This document shows, piece after piece, positions 10,091 to 19,984 of a DNA stretch of 64,000 nucleotides; position 1 is the first letter of the stretch; each line of letters starts with the position of its first letter. The notes beneath the pieces were generated by a model. The model was given only the letters and a program-made list of their open reading frames with translations. It was not told the DNA's origin and ran no database searches. Source of the DNA: Gammaproteobacteria bacterium (GTDB lineage: Bacteria > Pseudomonadota > Gammaproteobacteria > UBA4575); contig CBDEUS010000002.1 in NCBI GenBank assembly GCA_965243395.1, forward strand, positions 640,001 through 704,000. The letters are read 5' to 3'. A program made the translations under genes and the position numbers.

Positions 10091-11142
10091 GAATCCGCTT
10101 GCAGCGGTTTGATAGTGACTTGCATACCAGGTTGTAGGTTTTCACCACCCCGTGTTACGACTTTATCACCTGCTTGGATGTTGCCGATGATTTCAATAAG
10201 ATCGTTTTCAGCAATACCTATGTCAATATTGATTCTTTCCGCAATAGATTCAGAGTTTATGCGAAATATATAAGTTCCTTCGCGACGCAAAATCAATGCG
10301 TCACGTGGTACTAAAATTGTTTCACGTTCGTGCGCAGTAGGTATTGCAATTCGTAATAAATTACCAGCACTCAAGTTTTCATTTGAAGTATCAACACGTA
10401 TTTCATATAAACGTGATACATCTCCTCCAACAGGAACTATTGCTCGAACTTTTCCTTCACCGACAGATTTACCATGATTGTATTTTAAAGGTGTTCCGAT
10501 GGTTACAAACTGCAACGCACTTGCAGGAATATGGGTTTGAATTTCAAGATTGCTGGAACTTACAAACCTTACAATGGTATCTCCATCATTTGCCCATTCC
10601 CCTGATTGTAATAATCGTTCAGAGATCACGCCATCAAAAGGTGCAGTAACATTAGTTCGTCGCAAACGCTCTTCCGCTTGTACCAAGCGAGCACGCGCAG
10701 AAGCCATATTGCTTTTAGCTACAGCTTGATCGGATATAGCTTGATCAAGTTGATTACGCGCAACATTATTATTAGCCAGTAATTTAGTAAATCGTTTTAC
10801 TTCTTTAGAATGTAAATCGTATTTCGCTTTTTCACTCTGAATAATTGCTTTTTCTTCGATGACTTGCTGTTTAATAAATACATCATCTAATTTGACAACA
10901 GATTCGCCTGCTTGAATACGATCACCCACATCGGCTACCCAGGTAATGCGTCCAGCAAGCTCGGCAGATAAGTTTGCATCGTCACGACTGATTACAGTCG
11001 CAGAATAAAGTGCAGTAGGCGCAATAGTTTTTTGTACAGCTTGATCGACTACAACAATAGCGGGAGGAGGGCCTTTTCGTTCTTCAGCATGACTGAATGA
11101 CACGAAGATAAGGGGGATTACAACTAAGAATAAGCGATTCAT
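10087..11142 (-). CDS. RND periplasmic adaptor (MFP)
   Basis: Signal peptide, lipoyl-like halves, APFDGV, helical hairpin; 4-nt overlap with the permease. Confidence 0.92.
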   Translation of the reverse strand: MNRLFLVVIPLIFVSFSHAEERKGPPPAIVVVDQAVQKTIAPTALYSATVISRDDANLSAELAGRITWVADVGDRIQAGESVVKLDDVFIKQQVIEEKAIIQSEKAKYDLHSKEVKRFTKLLANNNVARNQLDQAISDQAVAKSNMASARARLVQAEERLRRTNVTAPFDGVISERLLQSGEWANDGDTIVRFVSSSNLEIQTHIPASALQFVTIGTPLKYNHGKSVGEGKVRAIVPVGGDVSRLYEIRVDTSNENLSAGNLLRIAIPTAHERETILVPRDALILRREGTYIFRINSESIAERINIDIGIAENDLIEIIGNIQAGDKVVTRGGENLQPGMQVTIKPLQADS

Positions 11143-11243
11143 AAGCTAGATTGTATATGAAGAATTTCTCTTATTTCATAGTCTCTAAAGAATATTTTTA
11201 CTCTCTAGAATGCAATATAAAAAGTAGGGATTATTACTTTAGG

Positions 11244-12206
11244 TTAATTTAATGCACCTCCACAACTACTACCTTGACCGGCTGTGCATCCATAACAATG
11301 ATCGGCAACTGCAATCTCATTTTTTTCAAGGTTTACATCCATTAATTCAGACAAGTGTGTACGTATTTGGTTCTTATGTGGCAACGATAATCCCAACATT
11401 TGATTAAAATCACAGTCGAACACATAGCCTTGCCAATCTACGCTTATCATTGAACGACACATCACGGACTCTAAATTCTTTGCACTGTACGCGTCACGTA
11501 AAAGCTGCATATATTCTTCAAATTTACCTTTACTAATCAACATACTGCCAAATCTTTGTATGGGCATATTGGTGATAGTAAAAAGCTCATCGAAGCTAAT
11601 TTCAAATTTCTCAGCTAAGAATTTAGTGTAATCTTTTTTTAAACTTTGCTGTTCAGGAGGTAGCTGAGGTCCTTGAGGGTTATATACAAGAGTTAACTTT
11701 AAATTATTTGTTCCTTTTCCATAACCTAATGCATTAAGTTTTTTCAGCCCTCGTATACTTTTTTCAAATACTCCTTTACCGCGCTGTTTATCAACATTTT
11801 CTTCAAGATAGCAAGGTAAAGAAGCCACAATTTCAACTTCATGCTGGGCTAAAAATTCGGCCGTATCTTCTTGGTTAGGTTCTTCTAATACAGTTAAGTT
11901 ACAACGATCCATTACATGGCAATCCATGGCTCGTGCAGATTTAACTATTTCTCTAAATTGTGGGTGTAACTCGGGAGCACCACCTGTAAGGTCTAAGGTG
12001 TGTATATTTTGTGCATTTATATAATCAAAAATTACTGAAATATTTTCAGTTGTCATCATCTCTTTACGATTAGGCCCAGCATTCACATGGCAGTGCGTGC
12101 AAGTTTGATTGCACTTATACCCTAAATTAACTTGTAGAGTTTCTACTTTATTGCGAGTGATCGCAGGAAAATCTGTTTTTTCTAGTAAATGTAATGTTTC
12201 ACGCAT
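11244..12206 (-). CDS. arsS: Radical SAM protein, ArsS / DUF3641 Cys-rich type
   Basis: CNQTCTHCH, DLTGGAPE, DCDFNQM and C-terminal HCYGCTAGQGSSCGG (Cys, not Sec). The family call is firm; the function is not. Confidence 0.8.
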   Translation of the reverse strand: MRETLHLLEKTDFPAITRNKVETLQVNLGYKCNQTCTHCHVNAGPNRKEMMTTENISVIFDYINAQNIHTLDLTGGAPELHPQFREIVKSARAMDCHVMDRCNLTVLEEPNQEDTAEFLAQHEVEIVASLPCYLEENVDKQRGKGVFEKSIRGLKKLNALGYGKGTNNLKLTLVYNPQGPQLPPEQQSLKKDYTKFLAEKFEISFDELFTITNMPIQRFGSMLISKGKFEEYMQLLRDAYSAKNLESVMCRSMISVDWQGYVFDCDFNQMLGLSLPHKNQIRTHLSELMDVNLEKNEIAVADHCYGCTAGQGSSCGGALN

Positions 12207-12221
12207 AAATTAATTTTCTGA

Positions 12222-14351
12222 TTAGTGACGCTGAAAAGCGTGAAATTTTTGTATCCAGTTTAATACGCGTTCTGGTGCGTGTGCTCGTTTCCACTCGCCT
12301 GCGGCATACTTATTTGCTTCTGCGAGAGTGGGATAAATATGAATAGTGCCTAAAATTTTATTCAATCCTAGACCATGTTTCATCGCAGCTACATATTCGC
12401 TGATTAGATCGCCTGCATGGTCACCTACAATAGTAACGCCTAAAATTTTATCCTTCCCGGGTTTGGTGAGAACTTTGACGACACCATGTGCCTCACCGTC
12501 AGCAATTGCACGATCCAGTTCAGCAATATCAAATCGAGTGACTTCGTATTCAATATTATCATTTTTTGCTTGAGTTTCATTTATTCCTACATGTGCAACT
12601 TCAGGTTCTGTAAACGTACACCAGGGGATTACAGAATAATCAACGCGGAACTTTTTAAAAGCCCCGAACAAAGAATTAACACTTGTGTACCATGCTTGAT
12701 GTGCCGCAGTGTGAGTAAGCTGATAAGGCCCTGTTACATCGCCACATGCATAAATATTAGGATAGTTTGTTTGTAAATACTCATTAACTTCAAGGGTGCC
12801 GTTTTTGCGCAGTTCTAGGTTTAAATTTTCTTTCCAAACATCACTGCCTCTTGCTTTGCGGCCGACCGCTACCAGTAAAGTGTCAAATGGTAAAAGTAAT
12901 TCATTACCACCATTTGTACATACAAGGGTATTCACACCATCTTTAATTCTGACTTCACTGGCAGTGTGATGAGTTAATAGATTGATACCATCATTTATTA
13001 AGCTCTGTTCAACCATTTCCGCAATTTCTGGATCTTCCATCAACATAATTCGCGGCGCCATTTCAACTAAACTAACATTTGCCCCAAGTCGAGCAAAACA
13101 TTGTGCGAGCTCACATCCAATCGGACCGCCGCCCAGTACCACCATATTTTTAGGCAGCTCTTGTAAACCCCAGATAGTGTCTGAAGTATAGTAAGTAACT
13201 TGATCTAAACCAGGTATAGGAGGAACAAAAGGTTCGGCACCTGTTGCTAAAATAATGTTTTTACTAGTAAACGATTTACCATTTACTTCAACTGTCCAAG
13301 GATCTTTTAGTTTTGCTTCACCTTGTAAACACTCCACTCCTAAACCTGTGTAACGTTCAACTGAATCGTGGGGTTCAATATCTTTAATTACGTTTTGAAC
13401 ACGATTCATAATATCCTTAAAATCAAAATCTACCTCAGCTGTTTTAAATCCATATTTTTCAGCTTGTTTCGCTTGAGAAACAAATTTCGCAGAACGAATT
13501 AATGCTTTAGAAGGTACGCAACCAGTATTTAAGCAGTCGCCCCCCATTTTATGTCTTTCGATCAGTACAACTTTTGCTTTAACGGCCGCTGCAATATATG
13601 AGGAAACTAAACCGGCTGATCCTGCCCCGATGACGGCTAGGTTGTAGTCAAAACTTTTGGGTTTATTGAACCCTTTATAGACACGTTGTGATTTAAGGAA
13701 ATTGATTATAAATTTTGCAACCCATGGGAAAATAGCCAATAAAATAAACGCGCCCCAAATCTTAGGAGTTAAGATGCCGCTTACAGATTCAAGACTTGCA
13801 AGTTGAGTACCAACATTTACAAAAATAATTGTGCCTGCAAGCATCCCAAAAAAACTTGTCAAGACATATGTGATCGTGCGCATGGGAGTGAGCCCCATTA
13901 ATACATTGATCACAAAGAATGGGAAAATAGGTATTAATCTAAGTGTTAGTAAATAAAATGCTCCGTCTTTTTCTACACCAGCATTAATAGTCCTTAATTT
14001 GTCGGCGTATTTTTCTTGGAGACTATTTCCCAATAAATAGCGGGCTAACCAAAATGCGATGGTTGCACCAATCGTAGCTCCAAAAATTACTAGAACTGTT
14101 CCTAATAATAGTCCAAATATCGCACCTGCGAGCAAAGATAAAATGCTTGCCCCTGGGATTGAAAAGCTTGTGACTAATACATAAATTACAAAATATATTG
14201 CAATACTTTGTATAGGGTTAGCTTGATAAAAATCTGATATTGCTTGCTGTTTAGATTTTATATATGCAAAATCTAAATACTGGTTTAAGTCAAAAATAAA
14301 AACACAGGCGACTAGTACAGCAATTATTAATAAGATAATTATTTTTTTCAT
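12222..14351 (-). CDS. TVP38/DedA (SNARE-associated) domain fused to a pyridine nucleotide-disulfide oxidoreductase (LpdA/MerA-like)
   Basis: N-terminal TM domain with LRLIPIFPFF; GAGSAG, GGDCLNTGCVPSK, GGGPIG and HIYPT motifs. Confidence 0.9.
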   Translation of the reverse strand: MKKIIILLIIAVLVACVFIFDLNQYLDFAYIKSKQQAISDFYQANPIQSIAIYFVIYVLVTSFSIPGASILSLLAGAIFGLLLGTVLVIFGATIGATIAFWLARYLLGNSLQEKYADKLRTINAGVEKDGAFYLLTLRLIPIFPFFVINVLMGLTPMRTITYVLTSFFGMLAGTIIFVNVGTQLASLESVSGILTPKIWGAFILLAIFPWVAKFIINFLKSQRVYKGFNKPKSFDYNLAVIGAGSAGLVSSYIAAAVKAKVVLIERHKMGGDCLNTGCVPSKALIRSAKFVSQAKQAEKYGFKTAEVDFDFKDIMNRVQNVIKDIEPHDSVERYTGLGVECLQGEAKLKDPWTVEVNGKSFTSKNIILATGAEPFVPPIPGLDQVTYYTSDTIWGLQELPKNMVVLGGGPIGCELAQCFARLGANVSLVEMAPRIMLMEDPEIAEMVEQSLINDGINLLTHHTASEVRIKDGVNTLVCTNGGNELLLPFDTLLVAVGRKARGSDVWKENLNLELRKNGTLEVNEYLQTNYPNIYACGDVTGPYQLTHTAAHQAWYTSVNSLFGAFKKFRVDYSVIPWCTFTEPEVAHVGINETQAKNDNIEYEVTRFDIAELDRAIADGEAHGVVKVLTKPGKDKILGVTIVGDHAGDLISEYVAAMKHGLGLNKILGTIHIYPTLAEANKYAAGEWKRAHAPERVLNWIQKFHAFQRH

Positions 14352-14443
14352 TTTAATTTAGTTCCTCTAAATATATGGCTAGTTCGCTGCTTTGCTTATA
14401 GCTACAATATATTTATACAATCTTCCTTCACTAGTTATAAAAA

Positions 14444-15334
14444 ATGCGTATCGCTACATGTAAATATAATCACCAAGAACACCTGGCGGTCATACAAGAT
14501 GACTCTGTATTTCTTCCAGCAATGAGTAATAATTGGCCTGCTGAGATCAATAGCATGCTACAAATGATCGATTCTGGCGAGGAATCCTTACAGCAGCTAA
14601 GCAAACTTGTTGCAGAATCTGATCAGAAAGAATGGCTGGGACTTTCGCAAATCGAGCTAATCTCGCCCATACCAAGGCCCCGACAGAATATTATGTGCCT
14701 AGGCTGGAACTATATAGAACATGTTCAGGAGACTAGTGGTAAGACTCTGGAAGCGCCAAAATTACCTAAATACCCCATCATTTTTACTAAAGCCGCTTCC
14801 AGTATGAACGGCCCATATTCAGATATTCCAGTCGATTTAGAGGTTTCTAATAAAATGGACTGGGAGGTGGAATTGGCGGTAGTTATTGGTAAGAAAGGTC
14901 AAGGAATCGCCAAAGAAAATGCACTGGATCACGTATTTGGTTATTCGATAATTAATGATATCTCTGCGCGGGATTTTCAAAAACGCCATAAACAATTTTT
15001 TGTTGGTAAAAGTTTTACCGGCGCGTGCCCTATGGGCCCTTGGATTGTTACAAAAGATGAAATTACCGATCCACAAAACTTAAATTTAAAAAGCTGGGTA
15101 AATAACGAACTTAAACAGGATTCAAATACTCAGTATCAAATTTTTGATGTTGCAACTGTTATCGAAGCGCTTTCAAAAGGCATGGAGTTAGAAGCGGGTG
15201 ATATTATTGCAACAGGCACACCTAGTGGCGTGGGTTATGTACGCAACCCGCCTGAATATTTAATGCCGGGTGACGTAGTGGAATGTGAAGTAGAAGGAAT
15301 AGGAAAAATTTCTAACCCGATTATCACAAAATAA
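14444..15334 (+). CDS. Fumarylacetoacetate hydrolase family protein
   Basis: CLGWNY.EH, DWEVEL, NDISARD, GDIIATGTPSGVG. Confidence 0.92.
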   Translation: MRIATCKYNHQEHLAVIQDDSVFLPAMSNNWPAEINSMLQMIDSGEESLQQLSKLVAESDQKEWLGLSQIELISPIPRPRQNIMCLGWNYIEHVQETSGKTLEAPKLPKYPIIFTKAASSMNGPYSDIPVDLEVSNKMDWEVELAVVIGKKGQGIAKENALDHVFGYSIINDISARDFQKRHKQFFVGKSFTGACPMGPWIVTKDEITDPQNLNLKSWVNNELKQDSNTQYQIFDVATVIEALSKGMELEAGDIIATGTPSGVGYVRNPPEYLMPGDVVECEVEGIGKISNPIITK

Positions 15335-15336
15335 AT

Positions 15337-16158
15337 TTACTCCAGCATTTCGCTAATAGCTTGCTGTAAGCCATTTACATAAGTATTTATGGAAAACAAA
15401 AAACCATTACCATGTCCACCCTGTAACGTTATAAATTTTTTAGGTTCATTTGCCGCAGCAAAGTTGCGCTGGCTGTGCTCAAAAGGAATGACTTCATCAT
15501 TTTTGCTATGCGCAATAACAACTGGGGAGTGAATATCCTTTAATTTATCTAGTGTTTCATATTCATGTTTCACAATTAAGCTTGTTGGCATAAATGGATA
15601 ATGTATTGCAGAAACTTCCGTCATGGAAGTAAAAGTAGATTCCAGTATTAACATTGCAGGCTGAACTTTTTTTGCGAGTTCGGCTGCCGCTCCACCTCCT
15701 AAGGACCGTCCTGCAATAATTATTTGATCCGAACTTAAATTTTTTTCTTCAATTAAATACTGCCAAGCGGTATCGGCATCGATATAGATTCCATGCTCAC
15801 TAGGTTTTCCGGTACTTTTGCCAAAGCCACGATAATCAAGAATTAATATATTCAGATTAAGTTGATTGAAAATTTTAATGGTTTCTAATCGATGCGAAAT
15901 ATTTCCCGCATTACCATGTAAAAATAAAACAGTTTTAGCTGTATGGTTTTGAGTGGGAATATACCAAGCATGTATCTGCTCATTATCTTTAGTATTTAAT
16001 TTTAGGCTTTCATAATCAAGCCCAATGTCACTAGGGGTAGCCACCAATTCACGTGTGGGCATATGTGGAGCATAGATAAATAACGCTTGAGCAAAATAAA
16101 TTGCTATGATTGCAGCTAGATAAAATAGTGCAATGGCTAATAAAATCTTAATAAACAT
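15337..16158 (-). CDS. Alpha/beta hydrolase (ABHD13/Bem46-like)
   Basis: HGNAGNI, DYRGFGKS, GRSLGG, D..IP, GGH. Confidence 0.9.
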   Translation of the reverse strand: MFIKILLAIALFYLAAIIAIYFAQALFIYAPHMPTRELVATPSDIGLDYESLKLNTKDNEQIHAWYIPTQNHTAKTVLFLHGNAGNISHRLETIKIFNQLNLNILILDYRGFGKSTGKPSEHGIYIDADTAWQYLIEEKNLSSDQIIIAGRSLGGGAAAELAKKVQPAMLILESTFTSMTEVSAIHYPFMPTSLIVKHEYETLDKLKDIHSPVVIAHSKNDEVIPFEHSQRNFAAANEPKKFITLQGGHGNGFLFSINTYVNGLQQAISEMLE

Positions 16159-16340
16159 TAGTTGGTAAAAGGTATGCTAATTCATCATTTTCAAAAATTT
16201 TTCAAAAAAGATCATTCTTGTGCGAGCTGTTGATCTTACTAAGAAAGAGGCCTTGTTTGTAATTTATGAGTGCTAGACGTGGCTAGATAGTTTTAAACGG
16301 TCAATTTTTGTTATTTATTAGACTATGGTAATAATATGGT

Positions 16341-16930
16341 ATGGATATTAAGAGACGTGTAAGTGAGATTTTTTCGCAGGAAGCACAAGCGATTTCATCT
16401 ATACCCATCAATGATGAATTTGAGCGTGCAGTACAATTATTACAAGGATGCAAAGGTAAAGTTCTGACTACAGGGATGGGCAAAGCCGGACACATCGCAC
16501 ATAAGTTCTCTGCAACTTTATGTTCGACTGGAACTCCCGCATCTTTCCTTCATCCAGGTGAAGCGGCACATGGAGATTTAGGTATCATGAAGAAAATGAT
16601 GCCATCGTTGCATTTTCTACCAGTGGTAAAACTAGAGAAGTTTTGGATACCTTGGCAGCAGGGCGTGGTTTAGGTTTGCATACGGTTATTGGTATTACTT
16701 CTCACCCAGATTCTGAACTTCGCGAACTCAGTGATGCGGTTTTAGATATGGGCGTTATTAAAGAAGCTTGTCAGACTGGCCTAACGCCTACTTCTAGTAT
16801 GGCAGTGATGCTTGCGATCAGCGATGCTATTGCTTTACTACTTATGGAATTAAACGGATTTGGTGCAGAAGACTTTGGCAAGCGCCACCATGGTGGTTAC
16901 TTAGGGAAAAGAGCTCGCGAAACAAGCTAA
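16341..16930 (+). pseudogene. SIS-domain sugar-phosphate isomerase (KdsD/GutQ-like, no CBS domains), split by a 1-nt frameshift near 16590
   Basis: First half has TGMGKAGHIA..HPGEAAHGDLG. After one missing base the frame continues ENDAIVAFSTSGKTREV..GLTPTSS..HHGGYLG. Could be a pseudogene or a sequencing error. Confidence 0.85.
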
Positions 16931-17004
16931 TCTTTCTAGCAATAATTCATGCTAGGATATTCTCATCTTTAGCAAGTTAGCTGCCTGGCTGATGGGAGTC
17001 TACT

Positions 17005-17571
17005 ATGTTACGTAAAATTTTCTTTTTACTTATACTCGTTATTATCTCAAGTTTTTCAGCAGCCTATTCTGCGGATTCAGACAAAGTTGTTATTGCAGAA
17101 ACTACAACCTGTGCAGATCAAACACTACAGTTAAATGGTTTTGGGACACGAAAAAAATTATTCATAAAACTTTATGTCGCGGCACTATATGTGCAAGAAA
17201 AGGTAACGGATGCAAATCAGTTTCTGGAAATGGAAAAAGCATCTTGCATGCGTTTGCATATCACATCTTCTAAAATTACTTCAGAAAAGATGATCAAAGC
17301 CACGCGTGAAGGATTTGAGAAATCTACTAAAGGAAATACTGCTCCAATAGAAGGGGAAATTGAAACGTTTTTAGCTTGGCTTAAACAACCGATTAAAAAA
17401 GGGGATGTTTTGGAATTTGCATTTGTCCCGCATAATGCTACTCATGTTCTCAAAAATGGTAGCGTACTAGGAGTTATTGAAAGCAAAGAATTTTCTTCTG
17501 CATTGTTTGGAATTTGGATAGGAGAAATGCCGGCACAGAAAGATTTGAAAAATAAATTATTAGGTAATTAG
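17005..17571 (+). CDS. Chalcone isomerase-like periplasmic protein
   Basis: Signal peptide, LNGFGTRKKLFIKLYVAALY, FGIWIG..P..DLK..LLG. Confidence 0.85.
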   Translation: MLRKIFFLLILVIISSFSAAYSADSDKVVIAETTTCADQTLQLNGFGTRKKLFIKLYVAALYVQEKVTDANQFLEMEKASCMRLHITSSKITSEKMIKATREGFEKSTKGNTAPIEGEIETFLAWLKQPIKKGDVLEFAFVPHNATHVLKNGSVLGVIESKEFSSALFGIWIGEMPAQKDLKNKLLGN

Positions 17572-17575
17572 TAAC

Positions 17576-18073
17576 ATGAGGCGTACATTAACTTTAGTAC
17601 GCCATGCTAAATCTAGCTGGAAGCATGCCGAACTCAGCGATTTTGAGCGACCTTTAAATAGTAGGGGTTTGAAGAACGCGCCCGAAATGGGAAAACGACT
17701 AGCTAAATGTAAATATACAGTAGATAGCATAATTTCTAGTCCGGCCGTGCGTGCAATTACAACTGCGGAACTTATTGCTGGCGAGCTTAATTATAATATC
17801 CAAAAAATAGAACAAAACATGCAAATCTATGAAGCAAGTGTAGATATGCTTATAGATTTAGTAACCGCTTTAGATGATAATTTATTTAGAGTAATGCTGG
17901 TTGGTCATAATCCTGGTTTTACAGTTTTATGTAACTACCTATCAGATGCTGACATAGATAATATGCCGACTTGCTCTATAGCGCAGATTGAGTTTGATGT
18001 GGATCAATGGGATTTTGTATCAGCCCATTCTGGTGCATTGTTAGAATTTGATTACCCTAAAAAATACTCATAA
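17576..18073 (+). CDS. sixA: Histidine phosphatase family protein (SixA-like)
   Basis: RHAKSSW, D.ERPL..RG, SSPA.RA..T, VGHNP. Confidence 0.85.
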   Translation: MRRTLTLVRHAKSSWKHAELSDFERPLNSRGLKNAPEMGKRLAKCKYTVDSIISSPAVRAITTAELIAGELNYNIQKIEQNMQIYEASVDMLIDLVTALDDNLFRVMLVGHNPGFTVLCNYLSDADIDNMPTCSIAQIEFDVDQWDFVSAHSGALLEFDYPKKYS

Positions 18074-18097
18074 CTATGATGCTAAATAAAAAAAATA

Positions 18098-18829
18098 ATG
18101 CCTCGATCAATAAAGCCAAAATTTACTGAGTTTGATTTACCCGCAGGACGCATTATCGCTAAAAAATATGAAGTTCTCTCTAAATTAGGAGGGGGTTTTG
18201 AAGGTGAGGTGTATAAGATACGCGAACTGAGTACAGGAATTGAACGTGCCGCTAAACTTTTTTATCCCAACCGTAATGAAAAAGACCGCGCAGTAAAATT
18301 TAATGCACAAAAATTACATAAGCTAAGACAGTGTCCTATACTAATTCAATATCATACTAAGGAGAATTTTGTTTTTAAACGCATACCTGTAACGGTTTTA
18401 ATTTCAGAATACGTTGAAGGTCAACTGCTTTCAGAATTTATTAAATCTTTTCCAGGAAAACGTTTAACTCCTTTTCAAGCTTTACATCTGTTATATGCAC
18501 TTACTAAAGGTATCGAGTGCATTCATAGTTTAAATGAATATCATGGCGATCTTCATTCAGATAATATTATCGTTAATAAATTTGGACTGGAATTTGATTT
18601 GAAGCTGGTCGATTTATTTTCTGCAAAGGAATCTAAACGCGAAAGCCGAAGATTTGATATTTTGACTTTGATTCAAGTGTTTCATGAATCACTTGGCGGT
18701 GCAAAACACTATGCCAAACATCCAGATGCGATTAAATATATCTGCTGCGGGCTGAAATCAAATCTGATTTTGAAAAAATTCAAAACCGCAGGACAGTTAA
18801 GAAGACATATCGAAAGCATGGATTGGTAA
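18098..18829 (+). CDS. Hanks-type Ser/Thr protein kinase domain protein (stand-alone, cytoplasmic)
   Basis: LGGGFEGEVY loop, AAK lysine, EYVEG, HGDLHSDN, KLVDL. Confidence 0.8.
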   Translation: MPRSIKPKFTEFDLPAGRIIAKKYEVLSKLGGGFEGEVYKIRELSTGIERAAKLFYPNRNEKDRAVKFNAQKLHKLRQCPILIQYHTKENFVFKRIPVTVLISEYVEGQLLSEFIKSFPGKRLTPFQALHLLYALTKGIECIHSLNEYHGDLHSDNIIVNKFGLEFDLKLVDLFSAKESKRESRRFDILTLIQVFHESLGGAKHYAKHPDAIKYICCGLKSNLILKKFKTAGQLRRHIESMDW

Positions 18830-19015
18830 GAACATCGATGACGCGAACAGAATAGAGTCAAGTGATATAAAGTAATGCACCAGTTGGATAATTCAAGGTA
18901 TGACTTCAAAATGACTGATTTCGACCCAAATCGGAAATTTGGTAATTTAGAATAATGACTTCTAAGAGTAAAGATTTGCTGAATAGAAGCTTGCAAAGTT
19001 AAAGCTAGGTTTATC

Positions 19016-19498
19016 ATGAGCTCGTCTACACAAAAAGTAGAAAATATATATCAGCTAGTATATGTGAGCACTGCTACAGCTCCATTTGAAATAGAGGATA
19101 TAGCCGCAATAGAAAATGTTTCTGTTAGAAACAATAAAGTGCTGGGTTTGACTGGGTTATTAACTTATTGTGATTGTAAATTTATGCAATTCTTGGAGGG
19201 TGAAAAAACCTATGTTGAAAAGTTGTTTGCTAAGATTAAAAAAGATACGAGACATCATTCCATCGATATAATGCGTGAAGGTTATATCTCAGAACGCCAA
19301 TATACTGGCTGGTCTATGAGATATACAGACATTGATGATATTCAGCTGCATGAAGGATTTGTTCATAAAAAACTATTCGAAAATCTGACACCTTCGCTTG
19401 CTCCATATGATAAAGCTAAAGAGTCCCTTGCGTTACTTGTTTCTTTTAAAAGCTCTTGTCGTGATCAAATTTATAAAAAAGCGTTAAGTTCCAAATAG
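19016..19498 (+). CDS. BLUF blue-light sensor domain protein
   Basis: YQLVYVS, N..LGLTGLL, FMQFLEG, KI..D.RH, WSM; the Tyr/Gln/Trp/Met photocycle residues are present. Confidence 0.9.
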   Translation: MSSSTQKVENIYQLVYVSTATAPFEIEDIAAIENVSVRNNKVLGLTGLLTYCDCKFMQFLEGEKTYVEKLFAKIKKDTRHHSIDIMREGYISERQYTGWSMRYTDIDDIQLHEGFVHKKLFENLTPSLAPYDKAKESLALLVSFKSSCRDQIYKKALSSK

Positions 19499-19607
19499 AA
19501 TTTTATATTGATTGCTTTCGGCTCGAAGCAGACATTCCGAATTTGTAAAAGTTTGAATTAGAAGCAACATCCCTGTTGTAACACTTATTCGCACACCCAT
19601 GTGCTCA

Positions 19608-19685
19608 CTACTTATAAGGTTTTAAATTTTCCCAAAATATGTAGATGAGTATCAACAGCATGATTAAGTAAACAAGATCGTACAT
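19608..19685 (-). CDS. Putative 25-aa single-TM small protein (MYDLVYLIMLLILIYIFWENLKPYK)
   Basis: Strong SD (AAGAGGGG) before ATG, hydrophobic core, and a perfect FNR box plus -10 upstream. Confidence 0.5.
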   Translation of the reverse strand: MYDLVYLIMLLILIYIFWENLKPYK

Positions 19686-19744
19686 AGCAACCCCTCTTAG
19701 AGTTTATGCACAATAGAAACTACTTGATTTACATATAATGCTGA

Positions 19745-19758
19745 TTGATTTAAATCAA
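19745..19758 (-). promoter_or_regulatory. FNR box TTGAT-TTAA-ATCAA (perfect consensus)
   Basis: Exact TTGAT-N4-ATCAA; minus-strand TAGTTT hexamer at 19722-19717, 22 nt away (class II geometry). Confidence 0.75.
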
Positions 19759-19775
19759 ATATCTATATTAATTTA

Positions 19776-19886
19776 TTAGGCAATAAGAAAGTTTACAAAT
19801 ACTGTAATAACAGCCGCTAAAATAAATACAACCAAAAATGCGGTAATTATCGGATTAGAGTGACTTTCTATATATTTTGTACTCAT
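19776..19886 (-). CDS. Putative 36-aa single-TM small protein (MSTKYIESHSNPIITAFLVVFILAAVITVFVNFLIA)
   Basis: AAGG SD, long hydrophobic helix, own FNR-like promoter upstream. Confidence 0.5.
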   Translation of the reverse strand: MSTKYIESHSNPIITAFLVVFILAAVITVFVNFLIA

Positions 19887-19984
19887 GATTTACCTTTTAC
19901 TGATAATTAATCAAACTTTTTTATATAACTTAATTGCAATAAGTTATTAACTAAAAATAGTAGTAATCTTTTTATATAAAGGTA

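Noticed and set aside
11244-11300. Possible selenocysteine in the ArsS-like C-terminus, given the nearby sen genes
   Set aside because: The SSCGG codon is TGT (Cys); there is no in-frame TGA.
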